Shown here in pieces: positions 31,041 through 41,341 of a DNA stretch of 64,000 bases. This stretch comes from a bacterium. GTDB taxonomy: Bacteria > SAR324 > NAC60-12. The notes below the pieces were generated by a model, which saw only the letters and a program-made list of their open reading frames with translations, did no database searches and was not told where the DNA came from. A program made the translations under genes and the position numbers. Positions within the stretch are counted from its first letter, which is position 1. Every line of letters begins with the position of its first letter. Where the stretch lies: positions 96,001 through 160,000 of the forward strand of contig CBDBHR010000024.1 in NCBI GenBank assembly GCA_965205865.1, read 5' to 3'.

Positions 31041-32326
31041 TTATCCAATACAACTGAATTGCATTACCTTCCCATGTGGTTCCTGGATTTTCAGTGCATT
31101 TAACTTTTCGATTGCGCGATGCAGGTGCTTCATCATGATGGGATCCTGCGGATTGGACTGCAAGGTGATATTTCTGATCTCATCTGTTTCTTCGATAGTG
31201 GCAGACAGATGCAGAAGGCGATGAACGAGTCCGACTAAACTCAATGGTTCGCCACCGAGAAAGTTACGAATGAAGTAGGCATAAAGGTGGACCAGACTTG
31301 CTCGAAAGTACATGAGAATCTGATCCAACTCGACATCGACAGCATAATCAGTGTCTTTGCCTTGAAGGCGAAGCCACTCCCGTTGCATCTTCGAGAGCTT
31401 CTTGAATTCTTTTTGGTGGGCTTGTTCAATAGCCTTGATTGCTCTTTCATGACGCCTGATCTCCTGAGCACAACCTTGAAAGTCAGCGCGAATGGCAGGA
31501 GGTACGACCCGTTTCCCCTTGAGCAGTTTCGTTTTTGCGCGAAGCCGTCTCTCTTTCGGAATCAGTTTTACCATGGTCTTTTCATGAACGTGACGCTCTT
31601 CAATCGCAGCTTTGAGTTGCTCGTTGAGAGCGTTTATTTGCTGTGCCAGTTTTTCTTGTTTTTCGCGCTGGCGGGGATTGGCTACCTTTTTTCTGCCATA
31701 TCCCGCAACACGGCTTAGAGAGACCGTCGCCTTCTCATAGCGGTAAGTCAGCTCCTGAGAGGGCCATCGACGAAAATAGGAAAAGACGATCTCGCTCGCA
31801 TCCACGGTGGCCTTAGGAAGGCTGGTCAGCAAAACCGTTTTGCGTCCGTGATCCCACTCGATTATGATCGCGCGCGTGGCGATGAGATAACCCTTTTCTT
31901 GCGAGTCCTCAAGCTCGATCTCGAGATCTCTCAACGTCGCCTTACCGTAGCGATAGCGCATTGGGTAACTGCGACTGCGCACACGACGATCGTTCCATTG
32001 ATTGTCATCCAAGGTGGTGATGTAGTGGAAGGTGTCCTGAGCGGCGAAGGCTCGCAGAGTTTTCACGCTGTTGTTGGCGCCATCCATGACGATGGCTCTG
32101 AAAACTCGTGCTTTTGATCGAGGGACATCCTCAATGACCTCCTCGATCTTCTCGAAGAGGCTCAGAATGTGTTCTCCCGTTGGCCCATGCCCGGAATAAT
32201 TCTCGAAGTAGACCGGATGAGCGAGACCATCATAGATGAAAACTTGCTCTATGCATCCCATCACACGCCCGAGCATGGTGACCTTATTCTTCTTGACGCG
32301 CTTTGATGAGAAGAGCGCTTTTGTAT
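31041..32326 (-). pseudogene. Outer element transposase, C-terminal part
   Basis: NTKALFSSKR..KNKVTMLGRVMGCIEQV; collinear with the second half of 32442-34685. Confidence 0.88.
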
Positions 32327-32328
32327 TA

Positions 32329-34730
32329 CATGACTTTCGGCTAAATAAATATTAGCGAAATTTAAGTGTCATTTTTCTTAACTTCTCGATATAATCGCCG
32401 TATGCCAGGTGAAATAAAACCTTAAGCCCAAGGCGATTTCGTTGAGAACTATCAAAAAAGAAAAAGAAAGACTAGCAGAAATTCTTAAACTCTTTAAAAA
32501 GGTTGAAGAGTCAGTTCTCTCTGTGAAAGAATATTTTCAAAACCACCAAACTCCTATCAGTATGAGGCAGTATAGTCGCTTAAAGAAACGCTATACGCAG
32601 CAAGGCGTAGCTGGTCTTGCCGATCAGCGTCAGGTCGGTAACGCACGAAAAATTAAACCCGACGAGATCAGTTTGGTTCATGGAACCTTGGCCTATAATC
32701 GCAACCTAACGTCCCAATCATTACAAGATGAATTGCAAAATCAATGGGGAATTACGGTAGGCCAACGTCGTATTGAGCAAATCCGACAAGAGTTTAATTT
32801 AACGCGCATTAAGTCACAAACGATTCAGCAGGAAACACTCCCGTTTGCCGGTATTGAAATTTTTTCAGCCTTAGCGCAATATGTTGGTCTTCTCGAGCAT
32901 TGGAATATTACGATTCAACAACGTTTACAACAAGTCCAAGAAACGCCATCGCCAAAAGCCAATAAAGGCGGAGATCATATCCGAGCCCGTCATCGTGATG
33001 GCACCTTCTCTGCCCGCTACAATCGTCTGGCCAGCGTTCGTCATACCAAGTTTGCCTCGATCACCGATAAAGTCAAAGATAAAGATTTCAGTAGATTCAC
33101 CCTTTCTCAATTAAAAGCCGAGAATTTAAAGCGAAAAAATTTAGCCCTCTTGTTTTTACCTTTAGTCACCAATAACGGTGCCATGCGTCATGTGAATACC
33201 CCCTTAGGGAATGCTTTACGATACGCCTGTGGGTACAATTATAAAAATGCCACCCTGGACAAATACCTCAGAGAACTCAAGTATCTTCAAGTCTCGGCAG
33301 ACTTGATTAACTGCAACGCTCGGTTTTGGCATCAATTTTGGCAACAATATGATGCTCCGGATCACAAAGTGGCCTGTTATTATATCGATGGTAATGTTAA
33401 ACCTTTGTGGTCCTCCAAACGCTGCCGCAAAGGTAAAGTGACGATGATGGGCCGCGTGATGGGATGTATCGAACAAGTGGTGATCCATGATGGCCATGGC
33501 CGGCCACTTTATCTGCGAACCTTTTCTGGCCATGCGGACTTACGAGAAAATGCGCTGCGGACGATGGATGAATTGGACATCGTTTTAAATAAAAAACGAG
33601 AGTCCCGCGCTAAAGAATCACCTGGCAGCCGCGCATTGATCATTGATGGGGCGGGCAATGCTGTTCAAACACTGAGAGCTTTTTCAGAATCGGACTATCA
33701 TTATATTACCATTCTCGATACCAATCAGATAGTAGATCGCAAATTTAAGCATCTGAAAGCGCCGCAACGTTATCAGTACGGTGAAGCCTTCCTGATTGAT
33801 TGCCGCATCGAGTTAATGGACTCAAAAGAATCAGGCTATCTCTACGAGAGCCGCGCGCTGCGGGTTCAGTGGGATAATGGTAAAGAATGCTGTTTAGTCA
33901 CCAGTATCCCCTCAAACCTCTTTTATGCTTCAGAAGTGGTCAAGGCTTATTTTGATCGTTGGCCCTATTGCGAAAAACAATATGCCCTGATGAAGGCCGC
34001 GACCTGTTTTAGTCAAGTGGTGGGTTATGGGAAAAAACTTTTGCCGGATGAAAATACTTTAGAAAAAATCGAAAAACTTCAAACCGACTTGCGAAAACTG
34101 CGGCAGGAATTAAAAATTCCGCTTTCGAGAATTACAGTCGAGGAGAAGAAACTCCAGGATTTATTTGAGAAAGAACGTCAATTTAAAGAAAGAAGCACAA
34201 TTAACAAAAAAGGCCAACGGGATCAATCTCAACGAAATCAGGAAAATCTTGAATCTTGTCAGAAGGATATCCGAAGGATTCAACGTCAAATAAAGACGAT
34301 AGAAGAAGCCTTCAAAAAACAGTTTCAGACTCTACGGCAAAAGAGCAAAGAATTCGCGCGTATCCAGGGTAAACGGAAAGTTTACCATGTCGATGTTGAA
34401 CTCGACCAACTAATGACCAGTTTTCGACTAACGCTGGCAAATCTTCTCGTTTTTCTGGCAAAGGAAATTTTAGATCATACGCCCATAGAAATGAATACCT
34501 TGATCCAGTCCATCTTATTTTTATCAGGAAGAATTGAACATCTCCCGGATCGTCGAAAAATTGTCATCAACAAAAATGAAAAAGATCCTCAGTTTATGAA
34601 TAAATTACAGAAGGGCTTATCGAAGCTTAACGCCCTAAAAATCAGGTACTCCAGCGGGGTGGTTTACGAATTTGTCTTGAACTAATAGACATTTAAATTT
34701 CGTATATTTTTGATATAGCCGAAAGTCATG
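32329..34730 (+). mobile_element. Unclassified TA-flanked DDE element (inner copy, intact, 2402 bp)
   Basis: ~42-bp imperfect IRs starting CATGACTTTCGGCTA; TA outside both ends. Confidence 0.9.
32442..34685 (+). CDS. Large (747 aa) putative DDE transposase with N-terminal HTHs and coiled-coil insertion
   Basis: YYIDGN, IIDGAGN and YFDRWPYCE motifs; fills the element between the IRs; TTG start. Confidence 0.85.
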   Translation: MRTIKKEKERLAEILKLFKKVEESVLSVKEYFQNHQTPISMRQYSRLKKRYTQQGVAGLADQRQVGNARKIKPDEISLVHGTLAYNRNLTSQSLQDELQNQWGITVGQRRIEQIRQEFNLTRIKSQTIQQETLPFAGIEIFSALAQYVGLLEHWNITIQQRLQQVQETPSPKANKGGDHIRARHRDGTFSARYNRLASVRHTKFASITDKVKDKDFSRFTLSQLKAENLKRKNLALLFLPLVTNNGAMRHVNTPLGNALRYACGYNYKNATLDKYLRELKYLQVSADLINCNARFWHQFWQQYDAPDHKVACYYIDGNVKPLWSSKRCRKGKVTMMGRVMGCIEQVVIHDGHGRPLYLRTFSGHADLRENALRTMDELDIVLNKKRESRAKESPGSRALIIDGAGNAVQTLRAFSESDYHYITILDTNQIVDRKFKHLKAPQRYQYGEAFLIDCRIELMDSKESGYLYESRALRVQWDNGKECCLVTSIPSNLFYASEVVKAYFDRWPYCEKQYALMKAATCFSQVVGYGKKLLPDENTLEKIEKLQTDLRKLRQELKIPLSRITVEEKKLQDLFEKERQFKERSTINKKGQRDQSQRNQENLESCQKDIRRIQRQIKTIEEAFKKQFQTLRQKSKEFARIQGKRKVYHVDVELDQLMTSFRLTLANLLVFLAKEILDHTPIEMNTLIQSILFLSGRIEHLPDRRKIVINKNEKDPQFMNKLQKGLSKLNALKIRYSSGVVYEFVLN

Positions 34731-34732
34731 TA

Positions 34733-35701
34733 ATAGGAGATGTAGTAGCAGAGCAGCGGGCCCATCATCGAATCACTGATAGTATCTCCCCAACACCGTT
34801 TCCAAAACTGCGCTAAATCTTGCAGCAGCAAGCTCGAAACCCCCAGGTACTTTAGTTCAGCGAGGTACTTGGTGATGGAACTCTGCTTGTAATTAAAGCC
34901 ACAAAAATGACCCAGGGTTTGCCCTTGAGCTGAGTTGACATTGCGAACCTGACCATTGTTACTCACCATCGGCAGAGACACAACGGCCATACTCTTTCGA
35001 GCAAGCGTCTCAGGATGATCTCGGATGATGTTCATAGAATGCCAGTTCTTGCTCTCACGTTTCTCGGACACCGATGCGAATCGAGCAGCCCTCACCTCAC
35101 TACGTCGGTTGTATCGCCCGGTGAATTTCCCGGCCTTGTCTTTTCCCTTCGTGTTCGCCTGGCCACGATTTGCCTCAAAGGCCTCTGTTTCCTTTAAGGC
35201 ATCAACCGCCCTGCAAATCACGTCGGCTGTTCTTTGCGGCCAACCCAAATGGTAAGCTAGCGCGACGATCAGTTCAAAGCCACCCAAAGCGTTCGAGTCC
35301 GTTCGTGGTGCTTTGACGAGCTTTGCTGGCCTGCCAACCTTCCGTTTTAGCTTCGGGTCGATTCGCGCCAAAGCGCGGCCTGTCGCAGAGACACTGAGGT
35401 CGCAACTGAATTCCTCCATGAGCGCTTGCTGCAACCACTCCAGCGCAACATCAGGGTTTTGTTTGATGCATCCTCTCAAGAAAGATTCTTGCTCCAGCGT
35501 TATTTTACGATTGCCCCCTCTCTTGCGCTGCTCCTTCAGGCCCGCTAGCCCGGACTCTCGCAATTGTCGTCTGTAATTGTAGTACTGCACGCGACTGAAA
35601 GGGACAGCTTTCCTCTCAAAGAATTCTGAAAGGGACAGCTTTGTTGTCTCTATCTGCTCAACCCACTTGACGATGGATGCAATTCTCTCTGTGTCGTTCA
35701 T
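34733..35701 (-). pseudogene. Outer element transposase, N-terminal part
   Basis: Collinear with the N-terminal half of the 747-aa protein up to LLCYYI. Confidence 0.88.
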
Positions 35702-35829
35702 ATACCAGTAAGATCTACGAGTTAGTTTGCAATCTCACTGGTATTCTACACCTATTAATTATAAACGCAAATTATTTTCCTTATATCCGAAAGTCATGTA
35801 TTAGTAAAATTGTATTTTTCTGCCAGACA

Positions 35830-36481
35830 CTATCTACATTATGTCTTAGACTTGTGGTTTGAAAAGGTCGTGAAACCCCGAATGAGGGGGGAAGCTTACC
35901 TGATACGCTATATTTATGATTTCGTTGTGTGTTTCCAATATCGTTCGGACGCTCTACGCTTCCATGACGTCTTACAGAAACGGTTAAGGAAATTTTCACT
36001 GGAACCAGAACCTCAGAAAACCCGATTAGTCGAGTTTGGTCGGTTTTCAGACCACCATGCAAAACGGAAAGGGAAGCGGATGGAAACCATTTACTTCCTG
36101 GGGTTTACTCATTACTGTACACGTCATAAAGGGAACTTTATGGTAGGGCGTAAAACAGAAAAGAGTCGCTTAAGGCGGAGTCATTCCAAACTCCACCAAT
36201 TGATGCGCAAAAAGAGGCACGATTCATTGGAAGAACAGGCCAAGGCCATTAATCGAAATCTGCGAGGCCATTACGCTTACTATGGTCTGGGTGGAAATAA
36301 AGTTGCTCTATATCAGCTTTACAATGACACCAAACGATACTGGCGTAAGATGCTTTCCAGTCGGAGTCAGAAGAGTTATGTGACTTGGGAAAAGGTTGAC
36401 AAGATTCAAGCCTTATTTCCGATACAGCGACCTAAACTTATCTTGCCCTATGAGGCAATGAAAGCACGCGCTGTGATGTGA
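35830..36481 (+). pseudogene. ltrA: Group II intron RT/maturase, C-terminal fragment
   Basis: YLHYVLDLWF, IRYIYDF (degenerate YxDD), FLGFTHY and LRGHYAYY motifs. Confidence 0.85.
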
Positions 36482-36491
36482 ATCAGATTCT

Positions 36492-36567
36492 GAAGAGCGT
36501 AGTGCGGTAGTTCCGCACGCTACGTTCTTTGGGGCAGGGAGCACAAAGGTGTTTCCCTGTACCCGGT
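36492..36567 (+). ncRNA. Group II intron domains V-VI (3' end)
   Basis: GAGCGTAGTGCGGTAGTTCCGCACGCTACGTTC hairpin, then GGGGCAGGGA...TCCCTGTACCC with bulged A. Confidence 0.8.
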
Positions 36568-36672
36568 CGGGTTGGCGACTTTCACAAGGCTCAACTATTT
36601 AGGCACCGTCAGACGAAAGAGACGGAAACCGATAAACCGAACCTAAATGTACATGCCTGTCTGCTACTCTAC
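36568..36672 (+). ncRNA. Second group II intron domain VI-like 3' end
   Basis: GGCACCGTCAGACGAAAGAGACGGAAAC...ACTCTAC resembles extended DVI termini. Confidence 0.55.
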
Positions 36673-36759
36673 CCATTTCATTCGATTATAAGTCTTTCAG
36701 TTCTAAGATTCCCTCAAACCCTTTTCTTCGCAGACCTGTAATCAGTTGTCGATCACCAG

Positions 36760-37107
36760 TCAATAATTTTGCTTCAAGACTGGGCCTAACAAAGACAACG
36801 CAAGAAAAGGAGTATCTTTCTCATCAATATCCTTGCATAGCTCATACGCTGTTTGAACAACAGGACTGGGAATCAATTGCTCATTAACGAAAGAGATATG
36901 AGAAAGAAGGGATTGAAGGGAAGTTAAAATCTCTTCTTCAGCCAATTTAGAAAACTGTTCGATTCGAGGACGATGTTTGAATATTTCAACGAAGAGAAAA
37001 TTACAGGTATGGCACTCATATTGAGGATTGAAGAAGACAGTTTTACTTTTGTTTTCTGCACTCAACAATGCTGAAAAAAAGATATTGCTGTCAACTACGA
37101 TTTTCAT
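36760..37107 (-). CDS. PIN domain (VapC-like) toxin, probably 3' truncated
   Basis: IVVDSNIFFSAL and IDEKDTPFLAL motifs; the usual WTGD motif is missing. Confidence 0.8.
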   Translation of the reverse strand: MKIVVDSNIFFSALLSAENKSKTVFFNPQYECHTCNFLFVEIFKHRPRIEQFSKLAEEEILTSLQSLLSHISFVNEQLIPSPVVQTAYELCKDIDEKDTPFLALSLLGPVLKQNY

Positions 37108-37297
37108 TTAGCATTCTCTCTTTATTCTCATTCCACCAACTTGACTTGATTTCTTCTGACAATTGCCAAATATCTTCTTCTGTGGCTTGGCTTTTATTTG
37201 AGGTTTCCAGTAGAGATAAAAAGGAAAGAACGTCCTTATCTATTTTACCAATATCAAATTCAACCCTGATTTTGCCATTTTCAATGGATGTTTGCAT
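37091..37297 (-). CDS. Putative antitoxin upstream of PIN toxin
   Basis: 68 aa, GAGGAGG RBS, overlaps the PIN gene start. Confidence 0.65.
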   Translation of the reverse strand: MQTSIENGKIRVEFDIGKIDKDVLSFLSLLETSNKSQATEEDIWQLSEEIKSSWWNENKERMLNENRS

Positions 37298-37446
37298 TAC
37301 ACCTCCTCAATTTTCAGGTTGACAAGTATCTTGATGAATAATAGTGGTATTATTTCATATTTCTTTAAATAAATCAGTAACAAACTGGTACAATATGGGG
37401 CATGGTCATATTTTCAGCCACCGAGAAATCGTTCCCACGATCCTCG

Positions 37447-37726
37447 CTCATCCTTATACACAAGTCCGTGGGAAGAGATTTATTTTGATTTTGATCTGTT
37501 TGATGAGCCATATATCTTTTCTTTGAGCAAGCCTTGGAAGGGCGACGGAAACATGAATTCAGCACAAAAACATTTTTTGGTACTCCCCTCAAACATTTCC
37601 GCCACCCCTCCAGGGTGGGCTCTACGGGGATATTCGTTTCCAGGGGCTGACGCCACTGGCTACATGCTGTCACCCCGTTCCACGTCGGCTCCGGGGTTTC
37701 TCATCCGACTTGTGTATAAGGATGAG
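37447..37726. mobile_element. MITE with IS50/Tn5-like ends (280 bp)
   Basis: Perfect 20-bp IR CTCATCCTTATACACAAGTC; 9-bp duplication CGATCCTCG. Confidence 0.88.
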
Positions 37727-37820
37727 CGATCCTCGTGGGAATGCAGTTTTTGACCCTCGCCGCGTCGGACTCTGCGGTCAAAGGGGACGCAGAGCGTCTA
37801 AGCATGCATTCCGCCGCAGA

Positions 37821-37950
37821 GAGGCTGTGAAAGAATTCGAAATTTAGCTGTTTTTTGCGATTTTTCAAAAAACCGTAGTCAATAATTTCAGTGATTTAAG
37901 GTTTTCACAATTATGAAAAATCGTCAAAACTGGAATTCTTTCACAGCCTC
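37821..37950. mobile_element. MITE (130 bp)
   Basis: Perfect 18-bp IR GAGGCTGTGAAAGAATTC; 3-bp duplication AGA. Confidence 0.85.
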
Positions 37951-38004
37951 AGAGCGACGGAACGATCAATTTATCAAAAAAAGACAATATGATACTTGAC
38001 CCTA

Positions 38005-38090
38005 TTCCAAATAATTCCACCGTGCCAGCGCCCATTCCGTTGTTGCCCCCGGTGACGATCGCGACTTTGCCAGCCAGTCTTCCTGTGTTG
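38005..38090 (-). pseudogene. SDR N-terminal fragment
   Basis: Translates GRLAGKVAIVTGGNNGMGAGTVELF, then breaks off. Confidence 0.6.
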
Positions 38091-38094
38091 TGTT

Positions 38095-38949
38095 CTACCG
38101 GGCCATTACCTGTCCGCTGTCGACAGCGATGATCTGAGCGGACATATGCTTCGACTCAGGGAGGCATAAGAACACCACTGTCTGCGCGACGTCTTCGACT
38201 GTCGGCAGTTCACCAAGCGGAACAGGCAGGACAAGCTCAGGAAATTTGCTCTCGGCGATACCAGCGAAAAATTCCTCAGATGCCATGCTTCGATATTCCT
38301 CGAACTTTTCTGTGACACGGCGGAAGTTCCCATGCCAAGCGTCGGTGATTACGATCCCCGGACATATGCAATTGACCGTTACCCCAAAGGGGCCAAGCCT
38401 GCGCGCCAGAGTCTGGGTATAGCTGCTGATTGCCGTCTTCATCGCGGCATACTCCGGAGATGAGATGGCCAAAAGCCCCCGCTCCGAGCCAGTGTAACGC
38501 CCGGCGTTCGAGCCGATGTTGATGACACGACCCGCTTTGCGCTCGCGGAAATGTGATGCCAATGCCTCCGACATGAGCACTGGTGCGCGCAACGTGAGCT
38601 GATAGGTCCCGTCCCAGGACGAAACCACATCTGCGAGTGATCCGTGAGTTGGTTCCGCTTTGGTCTTAGCACCGCCACCCACGTTGTTCACAAGAATATC
38701 GATGCCGCCCATCGTATCAATTGATCGGTCGACGAGTGCCGTTACGTTCTCCGGGGCGCTGATATCACCAGGCACGGCTAGCACTCGGCGGCCGAGAGTT
38801 TGTACCTCAGCGGCCACCGTTGTTGCCGATTCCTCACTGAACGAATTGAGAACGATGTCAGCCCCCTCACGTGCCAAGGCCAGGACGATTCCCCTACCGA
38901 TACCCCGCCCCGCTGCGGTCACTAGTGCAACTTTCCCTTGAAGTCTCAT
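38095..38949 (-). CDS. Short-chain dehydrogenase/reductase
   Basis: TAAGRGIG, LVNNVG, YAAMK and VNCICPG motifs. Confidence 0.92.
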   Translation of the reverse strand: MRLQGKVALVTAAGRGIGRGIVLALAREGADIVLNSFSEESATTVAAEVQTLGRRVLAVPGDISAPENVTALVDRSIDTMGGIDILVNNVGGGAKTKAEPTHGSLADVVSSWDGTYQLTLRAPVLMSEALASHFRERKAGRVINIGSNAGRYTGSERGLLAISSPEYAAMKTAISSYTQTLARRLGPFGVTVNCICPGIVITDAWHGNFRRVTEKFEEYRSMASEEFFAGIAESKFPELVLPVPLGELPTVEDVAQTVVFLCLPESKHMSAQIIAVDSGQVMAR

Positions 38950-39224
38950 TGATTTACCTTTCTACATAACAAGAATATCTGATAGTTTTAAAACAAAAAA
39001 TCTACCTATTTTTTACTGAAAAGTCATTTTTTTACGTCTCGTCGAAAATCAGGCCTTTGTTGTTGTGTTATTCAAGTAAATAACCTAATAACAAAAGCCT
39101 GACTCCATTTCAAAACGAAACTTCTTCAGAAGTCTTATTGTTTTTAGAAACAGTTTTGTGTATGGTTTTCCGAAGTTTTTCCAAATTTTAAATGAAACAG
39201 CTTCTTTCCAAAATCGAGTTTTTT

Positions 39225-40243
39225 ATGAACACACTGACAAATCGAAGCATGATCCTTTCCAGTCGCCCGGTGGGTTTTCCGAAGGAAAGTGATTTCCAAT
39301 TGCTCGAGAGTGCATGCCCCACTCCCCGTGAGGGAGAACTTTTGATCAAAACCCTCTACCTCTCTGTCGATTCCTACATGCGTGGACGGATGAATGCCCA
39401 AGAATCTTATGCTCCTTCTTTTAAATTGAATCAACCCATGGTGGGAAGAGCCGTCGGACAGGTGGCGGAATCCAAAAACTCTCAATTTGCCACAGGAACT
39501 TTTGTTTTTGGCTTCATGCCGATGCAAGAATATTCGCTCAGTGACGGTCAAGGGTTGCGTCTCATTGACCCGGACCTTGCTCCTTTGGAAGCCAATCTGA
39601 GTGTCTTTGGGAGCACAGGGTTGACTGCCTATTTTGGTTTGATGGATATTGGCAAACCGCAACCCGGGGAGACGGTATTGGTTTCAGGGGCCGCTGGTGC
39701 AGTGGGTTCTATGGTGGGACAGATTGCAAAAATTCAAGGATGTCGAGTCGTAGGAACTGCAGGTTCCGAATCAAAAGTGCAACACCTTCTCAAGGATTTA
39801 AAGTTTGATGCTGCCATCAATTACAAAACTGCCAATCTTCAACAAGCGTTGTCGGAAGCCTGTTCCCAAGGCATTGATGTTTATATTGACAATGTGGGGG
39901 GAGAAGTGACCGATTGTGCATTGGGATTGATCAATTCAAAAGCAAGAATTGTGTTGTGTGGTCAAATTTCCCAATACAATGCAGAATCTCGTGAAATGGG
40001 GCCCCGCAATCTTTTTCATTTGATTGCCAAAGTGCCTTGATGAAAGGATTCATCATTTATGATTACCAAGTTCACTACGATGAGGGGTTGCAACACATGG
40101 CGCAGTGGTACCAGCAAGGCAAACTCCAACATCGAGAAACCATTGTTGATGGCCTAGAAAACATGCCCCAAGCTTTCTTAGGACTCTTCAAAGGAGAAAA
40201 CTTGGGCAAACAAATCATCAAAATTGCTGAACCGGATTCTTAA
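39225..40243 (+). pseudogene. NADP-dependent oxidoreductase (CurA/YncB-like), frameshifted near 40030
   Basis: YLSVDSYMRGRM, GLTAYFGL and VSGAAGAVG motifs; the C-terminus GENLGK is in the next frame. Confidence 0.85.
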
Positions 40244-40247
40244 CATT

Positions 40248-40668
40248 ATGGAACTGCTCACACTTGAAGAAACGTATGCCATTTTCCATAAAGAGTTCCC
40301 CGACAGTCCCATTGAAATTCTCGAATCACGCCCCTCTTATGTTAAAGTGAGGACGCCTTCTGAGAGAAAAAAATTTTTGCGCCCTGGAGATTCGATTGCC
40401 GGGCCAGTTCTAATGGGGTTTGCCGATGTGGCCATGTACGTTCCTTATGATTACCAATCTGGGGGAAATCGGGTATCGTTCAGTCACTTCGAACTTCAAC
40501 ATGACTTTTCTCAGACGGGCTATGCCTGGAGAGATGGTTGCTGAAGTTACTTTGATCAAAACTGGAAGACGCCAATCCGTTGGCGATATAAAATTTTATA
40601 CAGGAGGTTCGCAAGAGACAGTCGCTCACGTCGTTTCTATTTATGTGTTCGTCGATTCGGCAGGTTGA
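40248..40668 (+). pseudogene. PaaI family thioesterase, frameshifted near 40440
   Basis: LRPGDSIAGPVLMGFADVAMY / VTSNFNMTFLR in two frames. Confidence 0.8.
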
Positions 40669-41341
40669 GTCATGTTTATTTAAAAAAGGAGGAAAGCATG
40701 AGTTACGAAACGCTTCTTGTTGAAAAAAATGACGGGCTGACCAAAATCACCCTCAATCGCCCCAACAATGCCAATGCGTTGAATATGGCATGGGGCAAGA
40801 ATTGATGAAAGTCTCGATCGAATGTGATGAATCCGCAGACACCCGTGCCGTGCTTCTGACCGGCAGTGGCAAAATGTTTTGTGCCGGAGGCGATCTGCCC
40901 AGTTTTGCTGAATCGGAAGAACACTTTTATGGCACTTTACTAGAACTCACCACCTACTTGCATGCGGCGATCAGTCGATTTGCAAGAATGAATGCTCCTT
41001 TGATCATTGCGGTCAATGGAATGGCTGCCGGTGCAGGAATGAACATTGCGTGCATAGGAGATTATGTGATTGCTGCCGAATCGGCTCGTTTCACTATGGC
41101 CTACACCAAAGCAGGTCTCTCTCCTGATGGAAGTTCGACTTACTACCTTCCTCGTGCCATTGGTGCACGTCGTGCCAAAGAATTGATGTTGACTAATCGG
41201 ATCCTCAGTTCCCAAGAAGCCCTCGATTGGGGGGTGATCAACCAAATCTGTCCAGACGATCAGTTCCTCACAGAAGCAGAAAATCTTGCCCAACAATTGG
41301 CTCAAGGCCCTACAACCGCTTTTGGCGCAGTCAAAGAACTA

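Larger units (their letters stand above)
31007..35798 (-). mobile_element. Unclassified TA-flanked DDE element (outer copy)
   Basis: ~38-bp imperfect IRs starting CATGACTTTCGGATAT; TA outside both ends. Confidence 0.85.
37429..37964. repeat. REP-like inverted doublet interrupted by two MITEs
   Basis: Removing the MITEs restores TCGTTCCCACGATCCTCGTGGGAATGCA...TGCATTCCGCCGCAGAGCGACGGAACGA. Confidence 0.7.

Noticed and set aside
18214-34730. Relationship between ISNCY-like IRs (TAGCCGAAAAGG) and large-element IRs (TAGCCGAAAGTC)
   Set aside because: Short match, opposite orientation relative to the ends, and unrelated transposases.
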